Assembly: GCA_012840225.1 (NCBI GenBank)
Contig: DULU01000088.1
Span: 6,895 to 70,894, forward strand
Direction of reading: 5' to 3'
Origin: Bacillota bacterium
GTDB taxonomy: Bacteria > Bacillota > Limnochordia > DTU080
DNA: 64,000 nucleotides
The notes beneath the pieces were generated by a model. It saw only the letters and a program-made list of their open reading frames with translations, was not told the origin of the DNA and searched no databases. Positions 8,253 to 18,020 of this stretch are shown here, in pieces (position 1 is the stretch's first letter; each line of letters begins with the position of its first letter). The position numbers and the translations under genes are program-made.

Positions 8253-10162
8253 GTTAACCAGCGCTCCATCTTCTGCTGCTTATCCCGCTCCTCGGAGAGG
8301 AGGGCGGAAAACTGCTCCGCCAGTTGCTCAAACCGCCTTCTTATCTCGGTTTGATCCGCCGATGAGCTCAATATGTCATAGACTATTTTTTCAAAGCCGG
8401 CACCGCCGCCCAACCTTGGCAAGATGCCTTCCAGGCCGCCGATCACCATATTGAACATATTGATCTTCTCGTGCAGGAGATAGATGATATATTCTTCAAT
8501 GGTGTTCAAGGTCTTCATGTTGTATATATGCACGTCCCGCGTCTGTCCCAAGCGGTGGACACGACCGATGCGCTGCTCGATGCGCATAGGATTCCACGGC
8601 AGGTCGTAGTTGACGATATGGCAGGCAAACTGGAAATTTAAACCCTCACCGCCGGCTTCCGTGCTGACCAGCACCTCACCTCTGGTGCGGAAAAGCTCTT
8701 TGATCCACTCCTTGCGGCTGTTGGAGAGCGAGCCGTCGAAGGCCAGTACGGCAAAGCCTTCTTGCTCCAGCCGTCGGCACAGATATTGCTGGGTGGCGCG
8801 GTATTCGGTGAAAACCAAAGTCTGGTCGCCGATTTTCTTCAGCGTCTCCACCAGGCGCTCCGCCTTGCTGCAGGTCGGGCAGGATTCGGCCTGCACAAGA
8901 AGTTTCTGCAGCACTGAGGTAAGGTAAGGATCCCTGGTTTGCGCCAGGATGTTTTTCAGGGTAAAGGTGAGCGCCATGGGGCTGGAGCAAAGCTCCCGCT
9001 GCAAGGTGACCAAGGTAAGCGGGTTGAGGGTGAAGAGGGCGGCGGAGGGTGCTGCGGGCAAGTGCCACAGGGCTGAGACGCTCCGATACAATTCGCTCTC
9101 TTCCTGCTCCAGATGCACTTCCACCTGGTGTACATGCCGCCTGGTGAACTCCACGGAATGCGGGCCCCGCCGGTTTCTGATCATCACTTGGCTGAGCAGC
9201 TTCTTTAATTCCGGAGTCTCCCGGGGCAGGCGTTTGTCTTCCACATACCTTTTGACGAACTGCTCATAGGTACCTAACCAACCCGGCTTAAGCAGGGTGA
9301 TCATGTTGTACAATTCCCTCAGGTCGTTGTGCACCGGCGTAGCTGTCAACATTAGAAAGCGTTTTTTGTTTATTTTATTCACAAACTGCCAATTGCGCGT
9401 CCTGCTGTTTTTCAGTTTGTGTGCTTCGTCGCATACCACCAGATCATAAGTCAGGTTGCAGATGATGTCACAATGCGGCCGGCGCTTAGCCGTATCCAGA
9501 CCGGCGATGAGCACATCGCACCGCTCCCAGTCATACTCGCTCCTCTGCAGATAGGCGGCTATGCCGAATTTTTCCTTCAATTCCATATACCACTGCCAAC
9601 ACAAGCCGGCCGGGGTCAGGATCAGCACCCGCCGCACCAGGCCGCGCAGCATATATTCCTTAATGATCATTCCTGCTTCGATAGTCTTCCCCAAACCCAC
9701 CTCATCGGCCAGGATAGCCCGCCCGTCCATCTCATGCACCACCCGCCTGACCACGGCCAGCTGGCGCGGATAAAAAATGAAACCGTGGCGGCGCCAACGG
9801 TCCGCCAGGTTGGGAATGATCAAGAGATCCGTTCCGCCTTTGTTGATGGAAAGAGCCAACGCCCGGCAAGCCAGACGATACCAGATGAGAGAGGAGCGCC
9901 GGCGCTCTTCGATGTGGGCCAGCATCTCCCTGGCCGCCGTCAGGGACAAGGAGAGGCCGAAATGCTCCGTGACCGGCCATGGGGGAGTAAACTCCTCTTC
10001 AGGCAACGGACGAAAATAGTCCTCGTACCGGAAGGAAAGCAGAGGAACGGTGATGGGAAAAAGGCGCAGCGGTACCTCATTTTTATCCGGAAGCACAATC
10101 TCCTCGTCTTTTACCTTCACTGTGACACTCAAAACACCAAAGCCCCCCCACAAACAACTCAC
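8246..10162 (-). CDS. SNF2-family helicase, RapA/HepA/YqhH-like (cassette 2)
   Basis: LADEVGLGKT, DEAHKLKN, helicase-C QRIGRVHRLGQ. Paralogous to 1199..2905 and convergent to it. Confidence 0.8.
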   Translation of the reverse strand: MSCLWGGFGVLSVTVKVKDEEIVLPDKNEVPLRLFPITVPLLSFRYEDYFRPLPEEEFTPPWPVTEHFGLSLSLTAAREMLAHIEERRRSSLIWYRLACRALALSINKGGTDLLIIPNLADRWRRHGFIFYPRQLAVVRRVVHEMDGRAILADEVGLGKTIEAGMIIKEYMLRGLVRRVLILTPAGLCWQWYMELKEKFGIAAYLQRSEYDWERCDVLIAGLDTAKRRPHCDIICNLTYDLVVCDEAHKLKNSRTRNWQFVNKINKKRFLMLTATPVHNDLRELYNMITLLKPGWLGTYEQFVKRYVEDKRLPRETPELKKLLSQVMIRNRRGPHSVEFTRRHVHQVEVHLEQEESELYRSVSALWHLPAAPSAALFTLNPLTLVTLQRELCSSPMALTFTLKNILAQTRDPYLTSVLQKLLVQAESCPTCSKAERLVETLKKIGDQTLVFTEYRATQQYLCRRLEQEGFAVLAFDGSLSNSRKEWIKELFRTRGEVLVSTEAGGEGLNFQFACHIVNYDLPWNPMRIEQRIGRVHRLGQTRDVHIYNMKTLNTIEEYIIYLLHEKINMFNMVIGGLEGILPRLGGGAGFEKIVYDILSSSADQTEIRRRFEQLAEQFSALLSEERDKQQKMERWLTW

Positions 10163-10297
10163 ACTTAGCTAGCATAGCCGCAGCCGGTGTTGTCCATGCC
10201 TTCTGGGTGAGGAGGAATTAAATAGCAGACAGCCAATGTATACGCAGCTTAGCAAAATATACCAAGGTATACTATGCTTGTGGCTAAGGGGACCGGA

Positions 10298-12178
10298 ATG
10301 CACGACTTGATGAGAATCGCTCTTATCTGGCGCTTGTTGGCCGTAATGATATTGGTAAATTTAATGGTATGCTCGGTGGGCTCGCCGGCCGGCGCAACCG
10401 CAGCGCCAGTCGCAGCAACCGCAACCTCAGCAGTTGCTTCAGCTGCCACTACCACACCCCCCGAGCCCATACCCCAGCCCAAGGTGGTATATGGTTATGA
10501 AACCGGCCGCTATGGGGGAGAGTTGACCGGAGCGGTGCTCGGCGACCCCGGCACTTTCAATCCGGTGATCGCCGCCGACCTCACAGCCAATACCATCCTG
10601 GACTGGGTTTTTGACGGCCTGGTGGAAGTGAATGCTCTCACCGGAGAAGTGGAACCGGCTCTCGCCGCAAGCTGGGATATTTCCACCGACGGTCGCACCT
10701 GGACCTTCCATCTGCGGCGGGGAGTGGTATGGCACGATGATCAGCCCTTTACGGCCGCCGACGTGCTCTTCACTCTGGACGTGATCCATGACCACGGCAT
10801 TCCCACCCCCCCCCGCCAGCTGCTTTCGGTCAACAAGATGCCGGTGAAATATGAGGCCCCCGACGACTACACAATCGTTTTCCACTTGCCCGAACCCTAC
10901 GCTCCTTTCCTGCGCCGCCTGACTTTCAAAATTGTGCCCAGGCACCTCTTGGCGACCGCCTGGCGGGAGGGACGCTTCATGGAGATGTGGGGAGCGCACA
11001 CTTCAACTGCTGCCGTGATCGGTACCGGCCCTTTCCGCCTGGTGCGCTACGAGCCGGGTCAAAAGGTGGAACTCCTGCGTCACCCGCGTTACTGGAAAAC
11101 TGATGCCGCCGGGAACAGACTGCCTTATCTTACCAAATTCACCCTGCAGATCGTCGGCACGCTGAGTGAGGAGAGGGAGCTTTTCCAGCGTGGCTTGGTT
11201 GACTATTTCTCCATACGCGGCAGCGAACTCGACGACTTTATCTCCGGCCTGGATCCCCAGGCCTACCAGGTGCTCGCTGCCGGTCCCAGTCCAGCTTGGC
11301 TGATGATAGTCTTCAACCAAAACAAACGCTTCGTACCGGCGCCGCAATTGAGCTGGTTCACCAACCAGGCCTTTCGCCAGGCAGTGGCACATGCCGTGAA
11401 CAGGGAAGCGCTGATCGAAGCGGCCTGGAACGGCCGGGGCACGCCGCAGTGGAGCATGTTCAACGAGACTAATAAAGCATTTCACTGCGCGGAAGTGCGC
11501 CGCTATCCATATCAGCCGGAACTGGCTGGCCATCTGCTCCAAAGCGCCGGCTTCTATCATGGGGAAGACGGCCGGCTGTTTGATGCCGCCGGACGGGCAG
11601 TGAAATTTACCATCACCACCAATGCCGGCCATAAAGCCAAGCAGATATTGGGCAGTATATTGGTGGAGGATTTAAGGCGGCTGGGAATGGATGTGGATTT
11701 ACAACTGGTGGATTACAGAGAGATGACGGAAAAGCTGCTTTCCGGACGAAACTGGGACTGCCTGATCATCAGCCTGGCCGGCGGTGATCCTGAACCGGAC
11801 AGCACTGCCGACATCTGGACCTCAGGAGGCAGCATGCACTGGTGGAACCTCGGCCGCTCCCCGGCACAGGCCGCCTGGGAGAAGCGGCTTGATGAGCTGT
11901 TCCACCTGGGGCGAGCGGCGACGGAGCCGGCTGTGCGCAAGGAGTTATATGACGAAGCGCAGCGGATAGTGGCCGAAGAGTTGCCCGTCATCTTCACGGC
12001 CAACGAAAATATCTACACCTTGCTGCGGCAGGGCTGGCATAATGTGCGGCCGACGGCCTGGGGCGGTCCTCTGCACCAGTTGGAGGTAGTTTTCTACTCC
12101 GGCTCGTCACGTACCTCACTCCCATCACTCCCCGCAGTCCCCTCGCTCCCCTCACAATCCATACAATCCTCACAATAG
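10298..12178 (+). CDS. ABC transporter substrate-binding protein (family 5, peptide/nickel type), probably a lipoprotein, with no adjacent permease or ATPase genes
   Basis: SBP_bac_5-like length and motifs. Signal peptide followed by Cys (LMVCS). Ala/Thr-rich linker. Start among 10274/10298/10310 is uncertain. Confidence 0.65.
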   Translation: MHDLMRIALIWRLLAVMILVNLMVCSVGSPAGATAAPVAATATSAVASAATTTPPEPIPQPKVVYGYETGRYGGELTGAVLGDPGTFNPVIAADLTANTILDWVFDGLVEVNALTGEVEPALAASWDISTDGRTWTFHLRRGVVWHDDQPFTAADVLFTLDVIHDHGIPTPPRQLLSVNKMPVKYEAPDDYTIVFHLPEPYAPFLRRLTFKIVPRHLLATAWREGRFMEMWGAHTSTAAVIGTGPFRLVRYEPGQKVELLRHPRYWKTDAAGNRLPYLTKFTLQIVGTLSEERELFQRGLVDYFSIRGSELDDFISGLDPQAYQVLAAGPSPAWLMIVFNQNKRFVPAPQLSWFTNQAFRQAVAHAVNREALIEAAWNGRGTPQWSMFNETNKAFHCAEVRRYPYQPELAGHLLQSAGFYHGEDGRLFDAAGRAVKFTITTNAGHKAKQILGSILVEDLRRLGMDVDLQLVDYREMTEKLLSGRNWDCLIISLAGGDPEPDSTADIWTSGGSMHWWNLGRSPAQAAWEKRLDELFHLGRAATEPAVRKELYDEAQRIVAEELPVIFTANENIYTLLRQGWHNVRPTAWGGPLHQLEVVFYSGSSRTSLPSLPAVPSLPSQSIQSSQ

Positions 12179-12260
12179 GACTTGGCGGCCGGGCAAATGA
12201 ATGTTATAATTCATGGTAACGTGCTTGGGCATGTGGAGCATGTGGATGGTATATGCATAT

Positions 12261-12336
<76 letters not shown>

Positions 12337-12428
12337 CTTTTTCCTCTCCTTGGTAAAAGCATCATTGGTAATTGCGTCATTTGTGTTCCCCAGCGCTTTT
12401 TCCAAACCGATTCGTGGTGGGTTGCTTG

Positions 12429-13898
12429 ATGCATGCAGAACCGGTTAAAGTGGGCGTGGTCTCCCTTGGCTGCGCCAAAAACCTCGTGGACTCCGAGGTT
12501 ATTTTAGGTTTATTGAAAGAAGACGGCTTTGAAATCACCGCCGATCCGGCAGAAGCCGAGGTCATTGTGGTCAACACCTGCACCTTTATCCAGAAAGCCT
12601 CCGAGGAAGCCATAGATACCCTGTTGCAGATGAGCGAATATAAAGATAAGGATAAAGGCCGCTGCCGTGCCCTGATCGTCGCCGGCTGCCTGAGCAACCG
12701 TTATGGTACCCAGCTTTTGGCCGAGATGCCGGAGCTGGACGGGGTGATGGGTACGGCGGACATCCGGCAGGTGGGGGAGGTCATCAGAGCCGCCCTGGCC
12801 GGAGAACGCCCGGTTTATCTCGGTGATCCTTCTTCTTTTATTTATGATCACACCATGCCGCGCCTCCTCTCCTCGGGCGGCTGGACGGCTTATATAAAAG
12901 TGGCCGAAGGCTGCAGCCACCGGTGTGCCTATTGCATCATCCCCTCCTTGCGCGGGGCCTACCGCAGCCGGCCGTCGGCATCCATTTTAGCCGAAGCGGA
13001 GCGGTTGCTAGCCGCCAGGGTCAAGGAGATCATCCTCATCGCCCAGGACACCTCCAGATACGGCACCGATCTCTATGGGGAAAGCCGTTTTGCCGATCTG
13101 CTGGCGCAACTGGCCGACCTCTGCGGGAAGGATGCCTGGCTGAGATGGCTATACGCCCACCCGGAAAGTATATCTGAGCGCATCGTCGAGGTGATGGCCG
13201 AGAAACCGGCTATCTGCCCATATATCGACCTGCCGTTGCAGCATGCCTCCCGCCGGGTGTTGCGCCTGATGGGACGGCGGGGCGATGGAGAGAGTTATGG
13301 GCGGCTGGTGGACAATTTCCGCCGGCTTTTGCCTGGAGTGGCGCTGCGCACCACATTTATAGTCGGCTTCCCCGGAGAAACGGAGGAAGACTTTCAGGAA
13401 TTATGCGCCTTTGTCAAAGAGCAACGTTTCAATCACGTCGGCGTCTTTACCTATTCACCTGAAGAAGGCACCTCGGCCGCCTCCCGGCCGGATCAGATCG
13501 ATCAGGAGGTAAAAGAGGACAGATACCGCCGTCTCATGCAAATACAGCGGGATATAGTCCGCCGGCATCACAGACAGCTGATCGGAAAACCATTGGAGTT
13601 ATTGGTGGAGAAACCGCTTGGCCGGGACCAAGGCCGGGGCCAGGGAATTTGGGCCGCCCGCAGCCGGTATCAAGCCCCCGACGTCGACGGCATCACCTAT
13701 CTGAAAGGCGAGGGGCTTCAACCCGGACAGATAGTAAAGGCGACCGTCACCGGCGCCCGGGTGTACGACCTCTATGCCGAAGCCGGAACAAGAGAGCCGG
13801 GAAAAGGGGAAAGGGAAGGGAAAGGAGAGGCAGAGAGGAAAGAGAAGAAGTTGGCGTCAGAGGAGCGAGGGTCTCTTAAGCAAGGGGTAAAAAGCTGA
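12429..13898 (+). CDS. rimO: Ribosomal protein S12 methylthiotransferase RimO (MiaB-family radical SAM) with Lys/Glu/Gly-rich C-terminal extension
   Basis: MTTase N-domain VGVVSLGCAKN, radical-SAM CxxxCxxC (CSHRCAYC), TRAM-like C-terminus. Tail GKGEREGKGEAERKEKK is low complexity. Confidence 0.8.
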   Translation: MHAEPVKVGVVSLGCAKNLVDSEVILGLLKEDGFEITADPAEAEVIVVNTCTFIQKASEEAIDTLLQMSEYKDKDKGRCRALIVAGCLSNRYGTQLLAEMPELDGVMGTADIRQVGEVIRAALAGERPVYLGDPSSFIYDHTMPRLLSSGGWTAYIKVAEGCSHRCAYCIIPSLRGAYRSRPSASILAEAERLLAARVKEIILIAQDTSRYGTDLYGESRFADLLAQLADLCGKDAWLRWLYAHPESISERIVEVMAEKPAICPYIDLPLQHASRRVLRLMGRRGDGESYGRLVDNFRRLLPGVALRTTFIVGFPGETEEDFQELCAFVKEQRFNHVGVFTYSPEEGTSAASRPDQIDQEVKEDRYRRLMQIQRDIVRRHHRQLIGKPLELLVEKPLGRDQGRGQGIWAARSRYQAPDVDGITYLKGEGLQPGQIVKATVTGARVYDLYAEAGTREPGKGEREGKGEAERKEKKLASEERGSLKQGVKS

Positions 13899-14416
13899 TG
13901 AATCTGGCGTCGACCCTGACCCTTATTCGCATATTTCTGGTACCGGTCTTCCTGACCCTGTTGTTGCAAAATGTACCATATGGCGCCTACTGGGCCACAG
14001 TGGTGTTTATATTGGCTGCCGTGACCGACGGCTTGGACGGCTATGCGGCACGGGCCCGCCGTGAAGTGACAAAATTCGGCCAGTTGATCGACCCGATTGC
14101 CGATAAGCTCCTGATTTCCTCAGCGATTGTGGCGCTGGTGGATTTGGGGCAAATGTCGGCTTGGGTAGCGGTGATCATCATCGGCAGGGAATTCGCCGTT
14201 TCCGGGTTGCGTCTCTTGGCGGCGAGCGAAGGAGCCATCATTCCTGCCGGCAAACTCGGCAAATTAAAAACGGTGAGCCAAGTGGTGGCCATCTCGGCGC
14301 TGTTGATAAATATGCCCGGCTCGTCATGGCTCGTCTTTATCGCCACCGTGCTGACGGTTTGGTCTGGTGTGGATTACTTTATAAACGCCCAGGGCTACTT
14401 CAAGGAAACCACTTAG
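13898..14416 (+). CDS. pgsA: CDP-diacylglycerol--glycerol-3-phosphate 3-phosphatidyltransferase
   Basis: CDP-alcohol phosphatidyltransferase motif DGLDGYAARA...G...DPIADK. Size 172 aa. Follows rimO as in Bacillus. Confidence 0.85.
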   Translation: MNLASTLTLIRIFLVPVFLTLLLQNVPYGAYWATVVFILAAVTDGLDGYAARARREVTKFGQLIDPIADKLLISSAIVALVDLGQMSAWVAVIIIGREFAVSGLRLLAASEGAIIPAGKLGKLKTVSQVVAISALLINMPGSSWLVFIATVLTVWSGVDYFINAQGYFKETT

Positions 14417-14527
14417 CCAAGATAAAAATAGCCGGGGGCGAAAATGGGTGAGCCACTTTGCCGCCCGGCCGACCAAAAGGCGCAACAGATTACCTTCGCC
14501 ACGGTTTGTTTCACTCTTTAGTTCACA

Positions 14528-15258
14528 TTATGAGGCGGATATGATCTCGCCGCCGGCCACCGCCTCCTGTGCGGATTCTTCGTTGGCTTCCTCTCCGGAA
14601 CCGGGTGTCATCATTTCCATTTCTCTCTGCAGTTCGCTGAAGAAATTATCTTTGTTGCCGAAGGCGTAAACGATTTGGCCATACTTCAGGCCGGCTTCAC
14701 GGGCAATGGCCGCCAGGGAGAGGGTTTTGTTATTCTCCGCCATCCTCCGGGCCGCCTCCAGAGCCATCCGGCGGGCATCCTCCCGGGCCATCCGCCGTCC
14801 GGATGCGGCTTTACCCGCAACTAGAGCCTGTTGTCCGGCTTCCACTTCGGCTTTGGTCTCCGAGAGTTGGCGAAACGCCTCCAATGTATACTTGTCGATG
14901 CGCCTGATACCGGCTTCCAGGTTGCTCATCATGGTTTCCAATTTACCAAACTGCTCTTTCACGGTGGCCAGATCCTGGGTCAGGTCTTTCAGGCAGGTTG
15001 AGACCGCTTTCGTCACCGCTTCTTCAAGGCGCTCTCTATCAGCGCCGCCTTCCAACTCGCTCCTTCTGCCACCGATGTTCGCCAGCCAGTCCAAACAGTT
15101 TTGAAAGGCGGCGAAAGTACGCTGGCCCATCTCGGCATACAGCTCTTCGACCGGGTCGACATCCCCCTTGCCGCTGCGGGGCAATCCCTGCTGACGCAGA
15201 AAGGACTCCGCAGCCTGCTGCCGTTCCAAATTAGCGTAATACCGCTGTTTTTCGTTCA
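14528..15258 (-). CDS. Hypothetical coiled-coil protein with C-terminal putative helix-turn-helix
   Basis: ORF 14528..15313. Best start is ATG at 15258, preceded by GGAGGAGG. C-terminal segment LSLAAIAREAGLKYGQIVYAFGNK is HTH-like. No family recognised. Confidence 0.5.
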
Positions 15259-15427
15259 TGTATGATGCCTCCTCCATTGCATATGAGCGAACTCTTATTA
15301 AATCTATGTTCAAGAACCCGCCCTTTTATGCATAAATTGGTAGAGACACATAGAAAATCGCTATATTTTTAATGTACTTGGCGAGATGCTGCCAACACAG
15401 CCGGCCGGCAAGAGAGCCGGCAAGAGT

Positions 15428-15520
15428 CCCTCAACGTCCCATCAACATCCCATCAACATCCCATCAACATCCCATCAACTCAGCGTCCCATCAATGTCGT
15501 CAACATCTCATCTCATCAAC
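15428..15520. repeat. Tandem array of an 11-bp unit CCCATCAACAT (3 perfect and about 5 degenerate copies), preceded by 2x GCCGGCAAGAG(A/T) at 15404-15427
   Basis: Directly visible. Reads ATGTTGATGGG on the minus strand. Lies at the spoVT stop codon and upstream of the 14528..15258 gene. Confidence 0.8.
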
Positions 15521-16043
15521 CTAGCTGCTTGGCGAGAAAATCTGCCGCCGTCTGACAGAGCGTTGTTTCCAGATCGCCCATGGGCTTATCTTTAGACAAC
15601 AGGAGCACGCAACCCACCACATCGCCTTCATGGATGATCGGCACCATGATCTGATGGGCATCTTCAAATCCCGGCACCGGCAGCTTGCGGTCGGTGGAAA
15701 AAGAGCTCCATGCCCGCCGTTCTTCCATCAAATCGGATAGCTCGTCGACCACCGGACGACCGATGAAATTCTTCTTGCCGACACCGGCCACGGCTATGTA
15801 GGTATCACGATCGGCAATCACCGCCACATGGCCCGTGGATTCGAAGAGCGAATCTGCGTACTCCTGGGCAAAGTCCTCCAGATCGGCAATGGGGGAATAC
15901 TTCTTTAAAATCACCTCTCCATCACGATCGGTAAAGATCTCCAGAGCGTCTCTTTCTCTAATGCGTAACGTGCGGCGGATCTCTTTCGGGATGACAATGC
16001 GGCCAAGATCATCAATCCGCCGGACTATACCGGTTGCTTTCAT
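15516..16043 (-). CDS. spoVT: Stage V sporulation protein T (AbrB-type N-domain plus GAF-like domain)
   Basis: N-terminus MKATGIVRRIDDLGRIVIPKEIRRTLRIRE is the AbrB/SpoVT swapped-hairpin signature. 175 aa. Confidence 0.85.
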   Translation of the reverse strand: MKATGIVRRIDDLGRIVIPKEIRRTLRIRERDALEIFTDRDGEVILKKYSPIADLEDFAQEYADSLFESTGHVAVIADRDTYIAVAGVGKKNFIGRPVVDELSDLMEERRAWSSFSTDRKLPVPGFEDAHQIMVPIIHEGDVVGCVLLLSKDKPMGDLETTLCQTAADFLAKQLG

Positions 16044-16185
16044 TAACGGATACCTCCTGCCATGTAAGATTTACTTTACATTAGCCAGTTATGCCTTGAT
16101 GAGCAGGAAGTTTGTGCTATCGGACATATGGCAGGAAGGGCGCAGCAGGTGAAGAAAAACCTTCTTCATAAGGAGGTGGCAGCAT

Positions 16186-16899
16186 TTGACATACATGGAA
16201 ATTCTACCGGTTATACCGGCCTCGTCGGACACATCACGCACCCGGAAGGTATGCCGCGCCCTGATTCGCAATGCCCTTCCGGCAGCCCTGCCAGCAATTC
16301 TCCTCTGTAGTCTTTTCTTCATATCCTGGACGGCACCGGTATCCGCCGGGCCGGTGGTCACTGCGGAGGAAGCATTGACCGGAGCAGCCATTTTCTCTCT
16401 TTCGCTGAGCTATGATCAGGCTATATCATCCTCCTTGCAGAGTTGGCAAAATCCGGTGGTGCTGGGTAGCAGCCGGCTGTTACATAATGTCGGTTACTCC
16501 GCAGGGGTCGCCCTCACCCTGGGAGGGATATACCTGGCTGATGAAGAGACCGGTATAGATGCCATAAAATCGGTATTGCTGACTCAGGCGGCTGTTAATG
16601 TGGGTAAGGTATTGCTGGGGCGGGAACGTCCCGACACGGAGAACAGCCGGGGCCGCTTCACCGGTATGAGCTTTGACGATGCCTACCATTCCATGCCCAG
16701 CGGCCATACGGCCACGGCATTCTCCTTGGCTACAGTGCTGGCCCATCATGACCCCAAACGCTCTTGGCTCTATTATGGTTATGCCACAGTGATGGGTCTA
16801 TCCCGGGTGGTGCTGGCCAGGCATTGGCCGAGCGATGTAGTGGCCGGCGCCTTTATCGGCATTATCTCCGCCCGCCTTGTGCTAGATGCAGGGGATTGA
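16186..16899 (+). CDS. PAP2-family phosphatase (phosphatidic acid phosphatase type 2 / undecaprenyl-PP phosphatase-like)
   Basis: All three PAP2 motifs: KVLLGRERPD, PSGHTA, SRVVLARHWPSDVVAG. Confidence 0.8.
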   Translation: MTYMEILPVIPASSDTSRTRKVCRALIRNALPAALPAILLCSLFFISWTAPVSAGPVVTAEEALTGAAIFSLSLSYDQAISSSLQSWQNPVVLGSSRLLHNVGYSAGVALTLGGIYLADEETGIDAIKSVLLTQAAVNVGKVLLGRERPDTENSRGRFTGMSFDDAYHSMPSGHTATAFSLATVLAHHDPKRSWLYYGYATVMGLSRVVLARHWPSDVVAGAFIGIISARLVLDAGD

Positions 16900-17372
16900 G
16901 CAGGTGCTGGCAAGGGTTAGCGAGCAGGCCAGGGGGATACCTTCCGGAGACTCCGTGATTCAGCGCGGGGCTGCCCCCCTGGCAAAATAATACCCATATG
17001 CCTTGAACCGTCTCTGCTGAGCCGGGGTTTTGTTTTTTTTCCATATTTTTACCGCCTCCCATTCCAACAATATGACCGCCGGGCACCAGTCAGGGACCAA
17101 AAGCAGCTGGATAGAATCAAGCAGCAGATCTGCACCGAAAGGAATTAGTGATTTTCAGGCAGGAGGATCTAAGCCTGGATATGATGGGGCCGGCGGGGTG
17201 ACGTTTACCTGGCACCGGAACAGCACTAACAGAATTTGCCGGCAACTAAGGCCAAGCGTTCTAGCTGGCCTTATGTTATAATTGGTGACAGCCGGGGCTT
17301 TGCAGAGCCGGAGAACCCGGCTGAGAGCGACATTGCTAGACATTACTATTATAACTGCTATTACTTTTTACG

Positions 17373-18020
17373 ATGGGAGTGTTTCAGGCCATGGGAGATA
17401 ATAGAATACATATTATCCTCTTGGCCTTTGTCGTCACTTTGGCCTTGTCTTTCGGTGGGGGTAGATTGTATTACCAGATGAGAGTAGCCGACCCCCTGCT
17501 GCAGGAGATCCAGGGACAACCCGGAGTTGCTGAAGCGATGGTGGTATCTTCCGGGAAAACCAAGGATATCGTCGTCATCCCGGAGACAGGAGCCGATCTG
17601 ATAGAGGTCTACAACAATGTGGAAAAGCTGGGACAGACCAGACTGGGCTCGTCTTTTCGCGAGGTAAAAATCCAAGATAACCGTAGTGCGGAATTATCCG
17701 AAGTGCTATACCGCATTCACTTTCATGTATATGAAGGCATCGCTACCGGCATGTTCACCACTATGAAGGAAGAAATCGACACCGTGGTGGCCGGAGAATC
17801 CCTTACCGATTACAAAGTGGTCGTCACATTGGGGCGGGTCTTCATCCATTTGGAAAATGGCGAACACATGCTGTTCGAAGTGATCCCACGGCCAATGATC
17901 GTCGCCGGAGCGCCGGCAGCGGTAGCGACGGCGTCGGCGAAGGCGGCGGCAGTGGCACCGGCAGCGACACCATCGGCATCGTCAGCAGCGACACCGGCAA
18001 AGGTGGTGAGGTTGTGGTGA
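17373..18020 (+). CDS. Hypothetical membrane-anchored protein with Ala-rich C-terminal tail
   Basis: N-terminal TM (IHIILLAFVVTLALSF). Overlaps the start of the downstream FtsH-like gene. No recognised domain. Confidence 0.45.
   Translation: MGVFQAMGDNRIHIILLAFVVTLALSFGGGRLYYQMRVADPLLQEIQGQPGVAEAMVVSSGKTKDIVVIPETGADLIEVYNNVEKLGQTRLGSSFREVKIQDNRSAELSEVLYRIHFHVYEGIATGMFTTMKEEIDTVVAGESLTDYKVVVTLGRVFIHLENGEHMLFEVIPRPMIVAGAPAAVATASAKAAAVAPAATPSASSAATPAKVVRLW

Noticed and set aside
1199-10162. Calling the helicase locus a DISARM or Druantia defence system
   Set aside because: SNF2 (DrmD-like) and helicase plus DUF1998 are present, but no DNA methyltransferase, PLD-family nuclease (DrmC) or giant DruE-type protein is present. 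The DEAH-DUF1998 fusion matches the widespread MrfA/YprA repair helicase. It is reported as an unusual arrangement, not as a named defence system.
15404-15520. CRISPR array or coding repeat at the 11-bp tandem repeat
   Set aside because: The units are 11 bp and contiguous, with no spacers, far shorter than CRISPR repeats. The only ORF across them (15386..15595+) is a His/Ser/Pro low-complexity artefact.
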